DNA of 54,700 nucleotides from Chiloscyllium plagiosum. Taxonomy: Eukaryota. The notes under the pieces were generated by a model. The model ran no database searches. It was not told where the DNA came from and was given only the letters and a program-made list of their open reading frames with translations. Location: assembly GCF_004010195.1 (NCBI RefSeq), contig NC_057754.1:12045575-12100274 (forward strand). The letters run 5' to 3'. Position numbers and translations under genes: made by a program. Positions 12,951-25,522 of this stretch are shown piece after piece (the first letter of the stretch is position 1; every line of letters starts with the position of its first letter).

Positions 12951-13478
12951 AGGGGGGGGGGGGGACTGGGGGATGTATGTGCACTCGAGTCCGTGATTTA
13001 GACAGATTTAATCAGATCCAATCTGATATTTGGACAGATCTGAATGGATTTAACGTGCGAAAGATCCAAGCAGGTTTAAACACTTGCTGATTAGTGTCCC
13101 AGATCATTAAAGTAAAACGTAGGTGAAACAATTTCTTTAATTTCAGTTACTAGCAGTTGATTAAAATAAAAGTGCGAAAATGGCTCTTAAAATGTCTGAA
13201 GAGGTTTTCGGGTGTGAAGATGATTCACAAATTTGTGAAGAAAGTTTAGAAAGAAGAGAAAATACCCTACTCTCAGAAATTGTGAAGCGGTTAGAATTGG
13301 GTTTAACCAGGGATAAATGGAAAGCTGAAATTGTAAGGGACTTACTCAAAAACTTATTTGTGTCAGAGAAACAGACAAGAGTTAGAAAATTTAGTCAGAA
13401 AAACTTACATTGGAGCTTGAGGAAAATGAAATTAGCAGCTAAACAAAGTGGGAGAGAAAAAGAAAGGGGGAAAGAAAG

Positions 13479-13787
13479 TGCGGCACGGTGGCACAATGGT
13501 TGGCACTGCTGCCTCACAGCGCCAAAATCCGAGTACAATTCCCGCCCCAGCCGACTGACTGTGTGGAGTTTACACATTCTCCTCGTGTCTGCGTGGGATT
13601 CTTCCGAGTGCTCGGGTTCCTCCCACGGTCCAAAAATGTGCAGGTTAGGTGAATTAGCAATGCTAAATTGCCCGCAGTATTAGGTGCAGGGGAAAATGTA
13701 GAGGAATTGGTCTGGGTGGGTGCGCTCTGGCAGGTCGGTATGGACTTGTTGGGTCGAACGATCTGTTTCCACACTGTAAGTAATCTG
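13479..13787 (+). mobile_element. HE1-type tRNA-derived V-SINE inserted in gag
   Basis: A box ggtggcacaatggttggc, V-domain ctgtgtggagtttacacattctcc..gtgtctgcgtggg, LINE-like tail ctgtttccacactgtaagtaatct. Confidence 0.88.
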
Positions 13788-16700
13788 TAAATAAAGAGTG
13801 TGAAAAGAAAGATAGAGCGGAAAAGAAAGTGCGAGAAGTTTCTTAGCTGAGCAAAGAGAAAGGGGGAGTGAAGGAAAGGAGAGTGAAGGAAGGGAGAGAG
13901 AAAAATTGAGAAAAGAAAGGAGAAGTGGTGAGGGAATTTGAACTTCAGAAATTGCAACTTAGTCAAGGAAGTCAAATTAGTCAAGGAGTTGAACAGAGAA
14001 GATAGTGATGCATGCAAAGATGTTAATATACTGTCATATTTTGTTGGGAAAGATGTTGAGGCCTTCTCCTTTCACATGAGAAATTGGCAGAGGACTTGTG
14101 GGTAATGCTAGTTCACCCTAAACTGGCAGGCAGTGGTAGTGAGGTATTTGCAGTGCTGTTAGATGAGGGGTGAAAAGATGATGAAGAGGTCAAACAGGCT
14201 ATTTGAAGTGTTAATGAACTGGTTACAGAATCGTATAGACAGCGTTTCATAGACATAAGGAAGGAACAAGTTCAGACTTCTGTTCAGTTCGAAAGAACTA
14301 AACACCGTCCTATTGATAAGTGGGCATCTTAATATTAGGTAAGACCTAGGAGGTTCCGAGAGAGATTATTCTGCTGGAAGAGCTTAAAACTCACTTCCAG
14401 GGATGTTTTGAATTAACGTGGATGAACAGCAAGTTCAGAAAGTGAGAAGAGCAGCAAAGATGGTGGATGAATACTCGTTGATGCGCAAGACAAGGGTCAG
14501 CTTTCACACGAATTTCGTCCTCTGATGGATAGAAGTTGAGATAAGGGGAGATTCGACACTACGAAGTAAACAATAGAGAGCACTGGTAAATGTTCACCAC
14601 AGATTAAAAAGGAAGCCAAAGAGGAAGATAATGTGGTGAAAGATCTCAGGTATTTCCACTGTGGTAAAGCAGAACACGCAATGTTACAGCACCAATCATA
14701 ACATAAATTACCTGTGGGAAAAGATGTGGTAAAAGAAGCTAATCCAGTGAAAGTCGTAAATGAAACCCTAACACATTTCGAGGAGCTGCACAAGAGGGCA
14801 GATCATTGGCAGGGCTTTGCGATGGAGTTAATGCCTGAACTGTCTAAAGGATTTGTCTCTGTCGGGAAAGTTGACTCAGAACGACCAGGGGGAGAAGGGT
14901 AATAGTTAGAATTTTGAGAATTACAGGATATAATCGGTCTCTAATATTAAGAGATGAACGCATTTGCATTTTCCTGACCTCGTACCATATAGAGTGGTAA
15001 TTTGAGCGACAGATGGACAGACATTTAGCGTTCCTCTATGTAAGATCAGGATCGAATGCCAATTCACGACTGCAACTGTAACGGTGGTATTGATTGGCAG
15101 TGACAGTTTCAGGAATTCGGTTTGTTTTTGGGAACGATTTAGGAGGTTCCACAGTGAGAGTAACACCTCTTGTGGTGGAGAAGGCCAAGGGAGAGCAGGG
15201 AATTGAATTTGACAAAAATTCTCCTGTTATTTTCCGAGACTATGTAGGAATAAAGATCCCACCATCATAAGTCACGGCACGGCGCAAAAACTAAAGACAA
15301 ACATGAAGGAGTTGACGTTCAGTCAGTGGACATTATCTTTGACATAATGTTGCAGGAAAAACTTGAAAAGAAGAGGGTCAAACAGATATGTTTAACCCTG
15401 AATTGCGAAGAGAATTGCTACAGAAAGACCAAGACAATAAAACATGCATATGTTGATGCATACACAGAATGGAGGCACAGAATATTCCTGAGAGTTATTA
15501 TTTGAAAGGTAAAATCCTAAGATGAAAATGGAGACCATGGCGGTTTGGTGCATCGGAGAAATGGGCGGAAGTGTACTAGATTGTGTTGCTGGTGGCATGC
15601 AGGAAGAAAATGTTGCAGGTTGCACAGAAACAACCTGACAGATGTCACCTAGGTGTATAAAAATATAACGAAAAATTAAAAAAAAAACATTTCTATTGGC
15701 CTGGAATGCACAATGATGTGGTTACGTTTTGACGTACGTGTCATACATGCCACATGCTGCAGTAACATAGCCAGCACATTTGTTGACATATCCTGCATTT
15801 GAAGAACCATTCATGAGGGTTATGATTGATTGTATAGGGCAACTCACGAGAACAAAAAATATGTGAGCTAGTAATTGCTAACCATAATGGATGTTTCTAT
15901 CAAATTTTGGAAGAAATTCCATTACAAAGCATTAAGGCAAAAAGTGTGATAGAGGAGTTAGTAGCTTCCTTCACGCAGTATGGGCTACCCAGAGTGATAC
16001 AGTCATACCAAGGATAGAGCTTAACTGCTATGCTGTGTGAGGAAGTCATGAATAGCTTAGGTAGAAAGCACTGTAAATCAAGTGTGTACCATCCTGAATC
16101 CCAGCCTTCTTTTGAAAGGTGGCATCAGACCTTGAAGGTCTTGTTGGGAGAATACTTTCAAGATTACAAAAATGATTGGCATAAAGGTATCCTATTCATA
16201 TTATTTGCCATGAGAAATGACTGAAACTAATCTACTCAGCATACTCCCTTTGAATTAATATTCAAAAATGAAGAAAGAGGTCTTTAAAATTAATTAAAGA
16301 GAAATTGGCAGGACCAAAGTCGGAGATCTCACACTTGGATTATGGATTGAAGGTAATGGAGAGATTAAACCAAGTAGGTGAGTTAGCTCAGCAGCACCTA
16401 AAGAGGGCATAGCATAGAATGGAGCAGGTGACAGGTAAACATTCTGAGATTCGAAGGTTTTTGCCCTCGAATGACTTAGTGGTATTGTCATCATTGATAG
16501 GTGATCCCTTCAAAGTCATAGTTAGTGGCTCCAATAAAATCGAGGAACGGTTATGTCAGGTGATCTGTCTGGCAAAGATGCCAGTTAGTTAAAAAAAAAT
16601 TGTATCCAGTATGGCATGTGAATATGTTGACACCTTACATTAAAAGGGATATGGAACTTTTAAAACAGATGTTAGTTACTCCCCCACGGTGTGAGGAATC

Positions 16701-16821
16701 AAATCCAGATTAGATGGAGTTTTATGTGCCTCAAATAGGTTTAACAATGAGGAAGTCTTTGAGAAGTGGGATTCGCTTGTGAACTATCAGCCTCAGGAGC
16801 AATGATCATAGTTGAAAGGTT

Positions 16822-18620
16822 TAGAACATTACAGCGCAGTACAGGCCCTTCGGCCCTGAATGTGGCACCGACCTTTGGAACTAGTCTGAAGCCCATCTAT
16901 CCTACACTATTCCATTTTCATCCATATGTTTATCCAATGAAATTTGAATGCCCTTAAATTTGGGGAGAGTAATACTGTCGCAGGCAGTGCGTTCTACGGC
17001 CCTAAAACTCTCCGAGTAATAAAAATTACCTCTGACATTTGTCCTATATCTATCACCACTCAATGTAAAGCTATGTCCTTTCGTGCCAGCCATACAATCG
17101 AGGCAAAAAAGGCTCTCACTATCCACCCTATGTAATTCTTTGATTATCTGGTATCTCTCAGTTAGGTCACCACTGAAGCTTCTTTCTAACGAAAACAATT
17201 TCAAGTCTCTCAGTCCTTCCTCACAACATCTTCCATCCATAACAGTCAACATCCTAGAAAATCTCCGCTGAACCCTCTCCAAAGCTTCCACATCCTTCCT
17301 ATGATGTGGGGATGAGAACTGCATGCAAAGATCCAAGTGTGTCCGCACCAGTATTTCGTACTGCTGCAGCATGATGTCCTTGCTCTTAAACACAATCCCT
17401 CTACCAATAAAAGCTAACACACTGTATGCATTCTTAATATTCATATCAAACTGGATGGCTACCTTCAGGCATCTATGTATATGGACGCCGAGATGTCGCT
17501 GCTCATCTACACTATGATTCTTATAATTAACCCAGTAATCTTTATTCCTGTTGTTCCTTCCAAAGTGAACCACCTCACATTTTTCCGCATTAAACTCAAT
17601 TAGCATCTCTCAGCACAGCTCTGCAGCTTACTTATGTTCCTTTGTAACCTGCCACATGCTTCAACAGTATCCACAACTCCTGAGTGTCATCCGCAAATGT
17701 ACTAACCAATCCTTCCATGCCCCTATCTAAGTCATTTATAAAAATGAGAAACAGCACTAGATCCAAAACAGATCCTTGCGACACACCACTGATAACTGAT
17801 AACTGAACTCCACGAAAAGCATCTCCCATCAATCACCACCATCTGTATCCTTTCAGCCAGCCGACCTCTGATAAAACGGCTAACTCACTCTCAATACTAT
17901 GCCTGCATTTTGCACAATTGCATACCACGGGGAAATGTATCAAACGTCTTGCTGAAATCCATATACACCGCCATCACCCATTTACCCTCATCCACCTGTT
18001 TGGTCACCATCTCAAAGAACTCAATACTTTTTTGGGAAGAACGTCTTATCCTTCACAAAATGGTGTTGACTATCCCTAATCATTTTTTTTCCTCTCTAGG
18101 TGATTATGAATCGTATCTCTCATAACTTTTTCCATCACTTTATCCAAAACCGAAGTAAGGCTCGCTGGTCCACAATTACCAGAGTTGTCTCAACCCCCCT
18201 TCTTCCTCTTGACAATACAGGCAACTTCTTCAGTAAACCACGGATCTCTCGTTCGACCACTTCCTCCTTACCTGACTGGAAAATATTTATCAAGGGCATG
18301 CAATAGGTGTTCCTTGAGTAAGCTCCACATCTCAATTGTGCCCATCCCCTGTAGTTACCTACCCCATCCTATGTATTCTAAATCTTGCCTAATCGCATCA
18401 CAATTGACTTTCCCCAGAAATAACTCTTGCCCTGCGTTACGTATCTTGCTCTTTCCATTGCTAAAGTAAACATAACCGAATTGTGGTCACTATCATCAAA
18501 GTGCTCACCTACCTCCAAATTTAACACCTGGCCAGGTTCATTAATCAGGATCAAATCCAATGTGGCTTGGACACTTGTTGGCTTGTCTACATACTGTGTC
18601 AGGAAATCATCCTGCACACA
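16822..18620 (-). mobile_element. CR1 LINE inserted in Gypsy between INT and RT
   Basis: ORFs 16902-17606(-), 17632-17832(-) and 18378-18617(-) carry CR1 RT/EN motifs; the Gypsy sequence resumes at about 18625 in register with the second copy at about 30900. Confidence 0.9.
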
Positions 18621-20087
18621 AAAAATGTCTGTTACAGCATTATGAGGACATATGCAGTAATACGATGAGGAGGACTAATGCTAATGTGCACAGGATAGAT
18701 GTTGACAACGCTGTTCCGATAAAACAAAGCCCTTGCAGCCTTAATCCTTTCAAAGCCACACAGGTCCAGAAGGAAGTGGTGGCAATGCTCAACGAAGATA
18801 TAATTAAAATGATTCAGAGCGAGTGGGGTTCGCTAATCGTCTCAGTTCCCAAACCTGATGGACTCAATGATTTCGCATGGACTGTCGGAAGGTCAACTCT
18901 GTAAAGAAATTGGTCTCAGACTCAACACTGAAATTAGTGGACTGCATCGAGAATGTTGGACCAACCAGGTCCATCACACAATTGGACTTAGTGCGTGGTT
19001 ATTGGCAGGTACCTTTATTGGAGGAAGCGAAAGAGGTTCCTGCGTTTCTAAACCCAAATGGGTTATATCAAATCAAAGTGATGTCCTTTGAAATGAAGAA
19101 TGCACCCGCCACAATCCAACTGGCTGAACACAGTGTGCAGTCGACCTGGACGATTAAATGATCTTGACTGAGTTCTGGAAAGATCGCATGATACAGTTGG
19201 CATGGCTCTTTCAATGATTAAGAGAAGCAAAGCTCGTAATAAACTTACAGAAAACAGTATTCGCGAAAGCAGATGTGACAATTTTTGGACATAACATCGG
19301 TCACGGAAGGTTGATGCCAAGGAATGTAAAGATGAACACCATCAAGGAATTTGCACGATCAACCTCGAAGAAAGTTTCTTCGATTTTTGAAACTAAACAG
19401 ATTCTCTCAGACGTTTGTTCCAAACTTCAGCAGCATCGTGGCAGCATTAACAAATTTGCTCGAGAAGAACATTGAATTTCGATGGAAAAACATTGCCAGG
19501 AGGCATTTGACAATTTAAAAGCAGTATTAGCCACTGCACCAGTTCTACCTACGCCAAATTTGTTGAAATCCTTGAAACTTGCAACTGATGCTAGTAACAT
19601 AGCGATTGAATCTGTACTGTTGCAGGAAGATGATGATGGAATTGAATTGTCAGTTGGTTATTTTTCAAAGAAACTCAATGCTCACGAAAGAAAATACTCT
19701 ATGATCGAAAGAGTTATTGTGTTTTGTCTTGGCCTTATAACACTTTTATTTGAACGTCATGAACAATGTGGCGAATCACAAACCTCTTATCTTCTTAACA
19801 CTATTTAAAGACGAAAAAATGAGACTATTTCACTGGAGTCTCATGTCGCAGATTTTTAATTTACAAGTCGTAAATGTTGCGATCGTAAGAATGGAATATC
19901 AGATGTGTTATCACTGATTTGACTGATAAGGTTTGGAGGAGATGAATAGATATGTATGTGGGCAGATGTTAACTTGAATTTAGATAAATGTCCTATGTAT
20001 GTCATGGTAACGTTGCTAAGAAATAGAAACAGAATGAAACCAACTTATTATGATGTCTCATTTATGTTTTCCTTAAAAGGTACGGTT

Positions 20088-20776
20088 CTGAAATTATCAA
20101 CGTATATTGTACCTTTAAGAGAGAGTTAAAGCTGGCAAGCAACTAGAAGGCACAGAATGGGCAAAAAAAATCGGAAAAAGTAAGATTTGGCTGTGAAACA
20201 AAATGTTGACCTGTATTGCTTCGTTCCACAACAATTCCAAATTAGACAATCTGTTTAAATATGCCACGGGTTACTAAAACATTCTAAATTGAATTTTACT
20301 GTTTTAACAGTATCAAAACAATGAGACGGTCTGATATTTTTGGCTGTAAACATCAAGTAGCCAGAGAGATAACGATCACCTACTGTGATCGATAGGCTGC
20401 CCGCTGACCCTCGCCCTAAAAACTACCTTCTCATATGAAGAATCTGTGCAGCAAAAGACTGAAGACATATCCAGTAAGATACAGAGGAGCTCGACAGTTT
20501 GATGGTTTTGAAAATTGATTGTTTTGTAAACTTAATTGACACGTTATTGGATCAGTCGTTGTATGTTGTTACAGAGTCGTTAGTAGGTAAATCTTTCAGA
20601 CAAAGGAGGCTCACGGAGTGGGCAGTTATTGTTTAATGTTCTCGTTTGGAATTAAAGGATAAAGTTTTTTTTTACTTTAAATAGTGGAATGTGGGTAGTT
20701 CTCTGTCACACATGCTACAGCAGAGTACGAGGTGATATGAGCTTTTCCGTGGGTCTGGTTTAAATTAGCAGAAGGA
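20088..20776 (+). repeat. 3' LTR of Gmr1-like element (3' end truncated by CR1)
   Basis: 20625-20776 is homologous to the reverse complement of 29915-30066 (tttaaatagtggaat...gttctctgtcac...atgag). Confidence 0.6.
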
Positions 20777-21135
20777 ATAGACAAGATAGAAGCAGGGAGG
20801 TTGTGTCCACTGGCGGATAAAATAAAAGCTGGGGCCTCGCCTGAAAAAAAAAAGAGGAGGAGAATTAGGACTGATTTGAGGAAGAACTTCTTCATACAAC
20901 GGTTTATGCATCTTTGCAATTCTCTGCTCAGTGAAGCAGTTGAGGCTATCTCGTTGAATGTTTAAAGGCAAGAATAGATCGATTTTTGAACAGTACAAGA
21001 ATTAAAGGTTATGGTCAGAGGGCGGATAACTGGAATGGAGTCCAAGAAAAAAATCAGGCCTGATGTTACTGAATGGCGGAGCAGGCTTGAGGTGCCAGAT
21101 GGCATATATCTGCTCCGATTTCTTATGCTTGTATG
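20777..21135 (+). mobile_element. CR1 LINE 3' end
   Basis: RKNFFIQR...NSL..EAV..SLNVFKARIDRFL, followed by tail gaatggcggagcaggcttgag. Confidence 0.75.
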
Positions 21136-21423
21136 TATTGGTTTAAGCATCTTGTATTTTTGTGCAATGTGACAGTTGATCGGAGCATGGGGAGTGATTC
21201 CCGTTATGAGGATGAGTGGATCTCACTACGTTCACCACATTAATTGGTATTCGAGTCCTCACAGTCAGAATCACGTTAATTCCCCCACTTCTTACTGCAC
21301 AACATTCAATGACCGAGTCCCCAGTCTCCAGAGATTCTGGAATTTACAAACATCCCAGTAAACATGATCAAACCTGAAAGTCCGTTATGGACCTAGATAC
21401 GTTCAGTCCGTGTGAACTACCCT

Positions 21424-21960
21424 GCACAGCCACACTTGGAATATTTTTTACAGTGCTGATCCCCATATTTCGGGAAGGATGTGGAAGCATTGGAAAAGGT
21501 GCAGAGGAGATTTACCAGGATGTTGCCTGGTCTGGAGAGAAAGTTTTTATGACGAAAGGTTGAGAGATTTGTACCTGTTCACATTGGCAAGAAGAAGGCT
21601 AAGAGAGGATTTGATGGAGACAAACAAGATGATCAGAGGATTAGATAGGGTCGACAGTGAAAGTCTTTTTTTCCTAGAATGATGACGTCAGCTTGTACGA
21701 TGGGGCATAACAACCAATTGATGGATGATAGATTAAAGACAGATGTCAGAGGCAGGCTCTTTACGCAGAGAGTGGTAAGGGCTTGGAATGCCCTACCTGC
21801 CAATGTAGTCAATTCAGCCACATTAGGGAGATTTAACAATCCTTCGATAAGCACATGGATGATTTTGGGATCGTGTAGGGGGATGAGCTGGGGATAGGTC
21901 ACAGTTCGGCGCAACATCGAGCGTTGAAGGGCCTGTTCTGCGCTGTATTTTTCTGTGTTT
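21424..21960 (+). mobile_element. CR1/HER1-like LINE 3' end
   Basis: DVRGRLFTQRVVRAWNALPANVV and tail gaagggcctgttctgcgctgta. Confidence 0.88.
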
Positions 21961-21974
21961 CACGTTCCCTTTGA

Positions 21975-22745
21975 ATTCCAGTGTAACGTGCACAAAGCTT
22001 AAAATGTTCTGCGCAGATTTCTGCAGAAGAGGCATAAGTGGCTGAATGGACACATTCTGTTCCTGGTTTAGAAACCCGATAGGCTGAATGTCCTCTTTCT
22101 GTTCCTACCTTGCAGACTTGACTGACAGATTATCCTGTTCCTCAGTATGAGGCTCATGGCTTGCTTATCATTCTGCCGTTTCTGTGTAAAACACTTGAGT
22201 GTTTATGGAACTTTCTTGTTGCTGTGTAACTGTTGTGGGGCTGCCGGGTCTCCTAATATCCCTGCATAACAGTTTCACTATAACGAACAGTCTCGTTCAG
22301 CATCCCTGAAATAGGATCGTGGGAGTGATTATACTTCTTTTGATCCCATGCAGCAGTCACTTATCTCCTTCCTGCTCACAGCATTTCTCAACTATTCTCT
22401 CCAATTCCTGTGCACCAGCTCGATGAGCTGAGTGGCTTCCTGTTATCCCAGTGTAACAGCGTCCAATCAATTTGTGGTCTCTTTCAGTTTCTATGTGTCA
22501 GTCATTAGCAGGCTGAATGAACTGATCCTGTTTCCGTTTAACAGGATTCTGGTGCTGCATGACCTGTGTCTTGGTCCAGTATTATAGACTCGAGGGACTG
22601 ATTGGCCTAAAGCTGTAACTGTATATCAGGCTCCAAGAGCTCAATAGCATCGTCTATTCCTTTTGTATCAAGGTCGAAGGCCTGAACATGCTTCTGCTCT
22701 TACGATGTAATAAGCTGGAGAAGTGGAATGGGCTTCTTCGTTTGC
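21975..22745 (+). repeat. Highly degenerate tandem array (about 40-45 bp) resembling a multimerised CR1 3' tail
   Basis: Recurrent ggctgaatg(g)...ctgttcct...gt(a/t)aacag..ctcgag motifs (e.g. 22040, 22082, 22511, 22588). Confidence 0.5.
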
Positions 22746-23639
22746 TGACTCCTTCCAGTCCTCTATGTAAAATTAAAATCACCTTTCCATCTTGGAAGCT
22801 CCACATTGTATTTGATCAGTCTTATCAAATTTTCTTTGCAAGTAAACAACTTCATTGCACGAATCATTCGAGAGAACCAACTCTGAGCTCCTTCCAATGT
22901 AATAATATCCTTTGTTCGGTGAGGAGACTAAATCTACACACACTACTCCAGATTCTATCTCACTAAGATCCTGTACAGCAGCAACAACACTTTGTCAGCC
23001 TGCTGTATGTTTCCCACACAGGTTAGAGCAGTCGCAGCTCTCTGGGGAAATGCACAGCATTGTTTTAAGGTCATTGTCCTTCTCTACTCCGGTATAACAG
23101 GAAACCTGGTAAAAATGTTACAATGACGTTTGAGAAGAACAGATAAGGCGTGGAGCGATTAACGTAACATTGAGATCAGCCTTGGCAAATATCTGGTCTG
23201 AATCTCTCATTAATCTCCACAAAGCGCACGTCGCTCAGATTCCACAAAATATGCTAATGTGAAGCTTAGAAAAAGCAGGGAGAAGCAAGTATCGATGTGA
23301 GTTATATATCAAAGTAAACATTGGAATTAAAATATTTGGCATGGTATAAGCAGAAAATTAGATTACAAATTTGTTGATACTTCAATAACAACGAACAAAT
23401 TCAGGTTTCGTCTAAACTGTGTTAACCGAAGTGCATGTGACTGCTGGGAGAAATTGATTTCATGAGCGTGGATGAGATGTTTTGCTTTAACAGTATATTG
23501 AGCAACGAGTGAGAAGTCAGGCTACTATTTTGGTGTTGAGTAATCAGAAGTCTTCATTGAAAATTTTGCTTTAAAGGAACTTTGGAGTCGTGGTCACAGT
23601 ATGTTGAACTGTACACGATATCTGAATGCAAAACGGTTT

Positions 23640-24745
23640 TGTTGGTATTTGAAATTACGGGCTCCATTTTCATTCTTCCTTTTTGTAACCTTAGTTCCTT
23701 TAGCAATGAATAATCTATCTACCTCTGAATTAAATGTACTCAATGACGTAAAGTCAACAGCTTTTTGTGGCAATGAATTCCACAGATTCTCCACTTTCAT
23801 TCGAAAGAATTATTTTTGTTTCCGTTTCAAAGTGTCTTCCATTTACTCTCAGGTTGTGCACTCGGGTCCTCGTTTCTAATTCCAATGGAAACATCTTCCC
23901 AAAGTTCATTTTTTACAGGTCATTCAGTATTCTCAAGTTTCAATCAGATTCCCCCTTATTTTTCTAAGCTCCAGCGAGTATAAACACCGAGTCCTCAAAC
24001 GTTCCTCCTCTGTTAAGTATTTTATTCCTTTTCTAATTCGCAGGAACCTTCTCTAGACCCTCTCCAGGGCCAATACAGTCTTTCTGAGGTAGGCTGCCCA
24101 AAATATCCAAAATATCATCTGAACAGAGCCTTATAAAGCCTCAAAAGCCTCGTTTTTGTGTTACAGTCCTCGAGAGATGAAGACCACATTATATTTGCCT
24201 TCCTAATTACCAATTCAATCCGCACCTTTTTCTTAAGAACATCCTGGATTTGGAATCGCAAGTCCCTTTCCCCTTCAGATTTTAGAATTTTCTTCCCATT
24301 TAGCAATTGTGAATGCCTCTATTGTTCCTATGAAAGTGCATGAACTCACACGTTGCCACATTTTATTACTTCTTCCACTTCTCTGGTCACTCTCCCAATG
24401 TATCTAAATCATTCTGCTGACTGTCCGCCTCCTCTATACTGCATGTGCCTCCACATATCTTCATTTCAGCTGCAAACATAATCAAAATATCCTAAATTAC
24501 TTCATCCATATCATTTATGAATAGAATGAAAAGTTATGGTCCCAAAGTGACCTGTTTCCATATTGAGAAGGACCACTTTATACCCATTCTCTACCTTTTG
24601 CCAGACAGCCAATCATTGATCCATAATAGTACCTTGCCTCTAACACCATAAGCACTCATCTTACTGAGGAGCACCCTGTGCAATATCTTATCAAAGGCCT
24701 CCTGGAAGTCCTTCTGACATCCGTTGGGTTTCTTTCGTCTAACCT
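23640..24745 (-). mobile_element. Old degraded CR1 LINE 3' part (inside duplication copy 2)
   Basis: MKVENLWNSLPQKAV and SEGERDLRFQI..RLYKALFR. Confidence 0.75.
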
Positions 24746-24749
24746 GATC

Positions 24750-25165
24750 AAAGAAGTCTCATTTGCATGAGAGCAATGTAATTTATTGAAATGGGGACCA
24801 ACGAGATGGTTATACCTACATACAGAGTGGAAGTGTTCCTCAAAGCAGTCACTGTCTGACTTGCCAATGTACAGAAGACTGCATTATGAGCAGCAATGAC
24901 AGTTGACAGGATTAAAAGAGTAGAAGTGAAATACCACTTCACCTGGAAACTGTACTTCGGACCCTGTGCAGTAAGGAGGCAGGAGGTGAATGGGCACGTT
25001 TTTGGAGCTTCTGCAATTTCATTGGACCGTGCCAAGGGAAGTGGGTAAGTGTTCGGAGCGATTGAGGGCTTCACAGAGGGACGGGAGGGGAAGATGTGTT
25101 TAACAGTGTGTCCTGCTGAAAGTGACTGAGGATTATCCTGTGAATTTGGTTTTGCGGACAGTGGA
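24750..25165 (-). mobile_element. Penelope-like GIY-YIG endonuclease fragment (Neptune-like)
   Basis: Minus strand KTCPF...QGPKYSFQVKWYFT, then after a frameshift CCSQCSLLYIGK, matching the GIY-YIG region at 36820-36930. Confidence 0.7.
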
Positions 25166-25169
25166 AATG

Positions 25170-25522
25170 AGGAGAAAAGGAGGAGGAGAGGAGACCTAAT
25201 TGAGGTATACGAGATAATGAGAGGGATAGATAGAGTCGATTGCCAGAGACTATTTCTCTGAGCAGAAATGGTTGACACGAGGGGTCATAGTTTTAAGCTG
25301 ATTAGAGGAAAGTATAGAGGGGATGTCAGAGGCGGGTTCTTTACACAGAGAGTTGTGAGAGCATGGAATGCGTTGCCAGCAGGAGTTGTGGAAGCAAGGT
25401 CATTTGGTACATTTAAGAGACTGCTGGACATGCATATTGTCACAGACATTTGAGGGATCAATGGTTGGTACACCATCGTGGGCTGAAGGGCCTGAACTGT
25501 GCTGAACTGTTCTATGTTCTGT
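25170..25522 (+). mobile_element. CR1 LINE 3' end
   Basis: TRGHSFKLIRGKYRGDVRGGFFTQRVVRAWNALP; tail ctgttctatgttct. Confidence 0.88.

Larger units (their letters stand above)
12967..20776 (+). mobile_element. Gmr1-like Ty3/Gypsy LTR retrotransposon (gag-PR-INT-RT-RH), decayed, 5' LTR missing
   Basis: Gag from 13180; SCAN-like TESYRQRF...EIILLEE (about 14220-14385); zinc knuckle about 14650; integrase FYWPGMHND..TCHTC and YHPESQPSFERWHQTLK (15690-16220); RT PIKQSP..SEWGS..DCRKVN..LDLVRGYWQVPL (18690-19160); RNase H LATDAS..GYFSKKL (19482-19808). Confidence 0.9.
23572..25271. repeat. Segmental duplication copy 2 (paralog of 167-1440)
   Basis: Direct near-identity to 167-1388 (23572-24794) and 1389-1440 (25220-25271). 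Confidence 0.92.

Noticed and set aside
12967..12997. tRNA-Pro-like primer-binding site (tggggg...ctcgagtccgtgat)
   Set aside because: Only a partial, interrupted match with no adjacent 5' LTR; used only as an approximate boundary.
13514..14017. Hydrophobic F/L/S-rich ORFs (also 33561-34151, 41220-41498)
   Set aside because: Antisense translation of purine-rich gag coiled-coil regions or a CT microsatellite; not membrane proteins.
23100..23302. Possible GPCR exon 1 (NVTMTFEKN sequon; gtgagt donor at 23297)
   Set aside because: In-frame stops and no hydrophobic TM1 start in the phase needed to join 39948; at best a relic.
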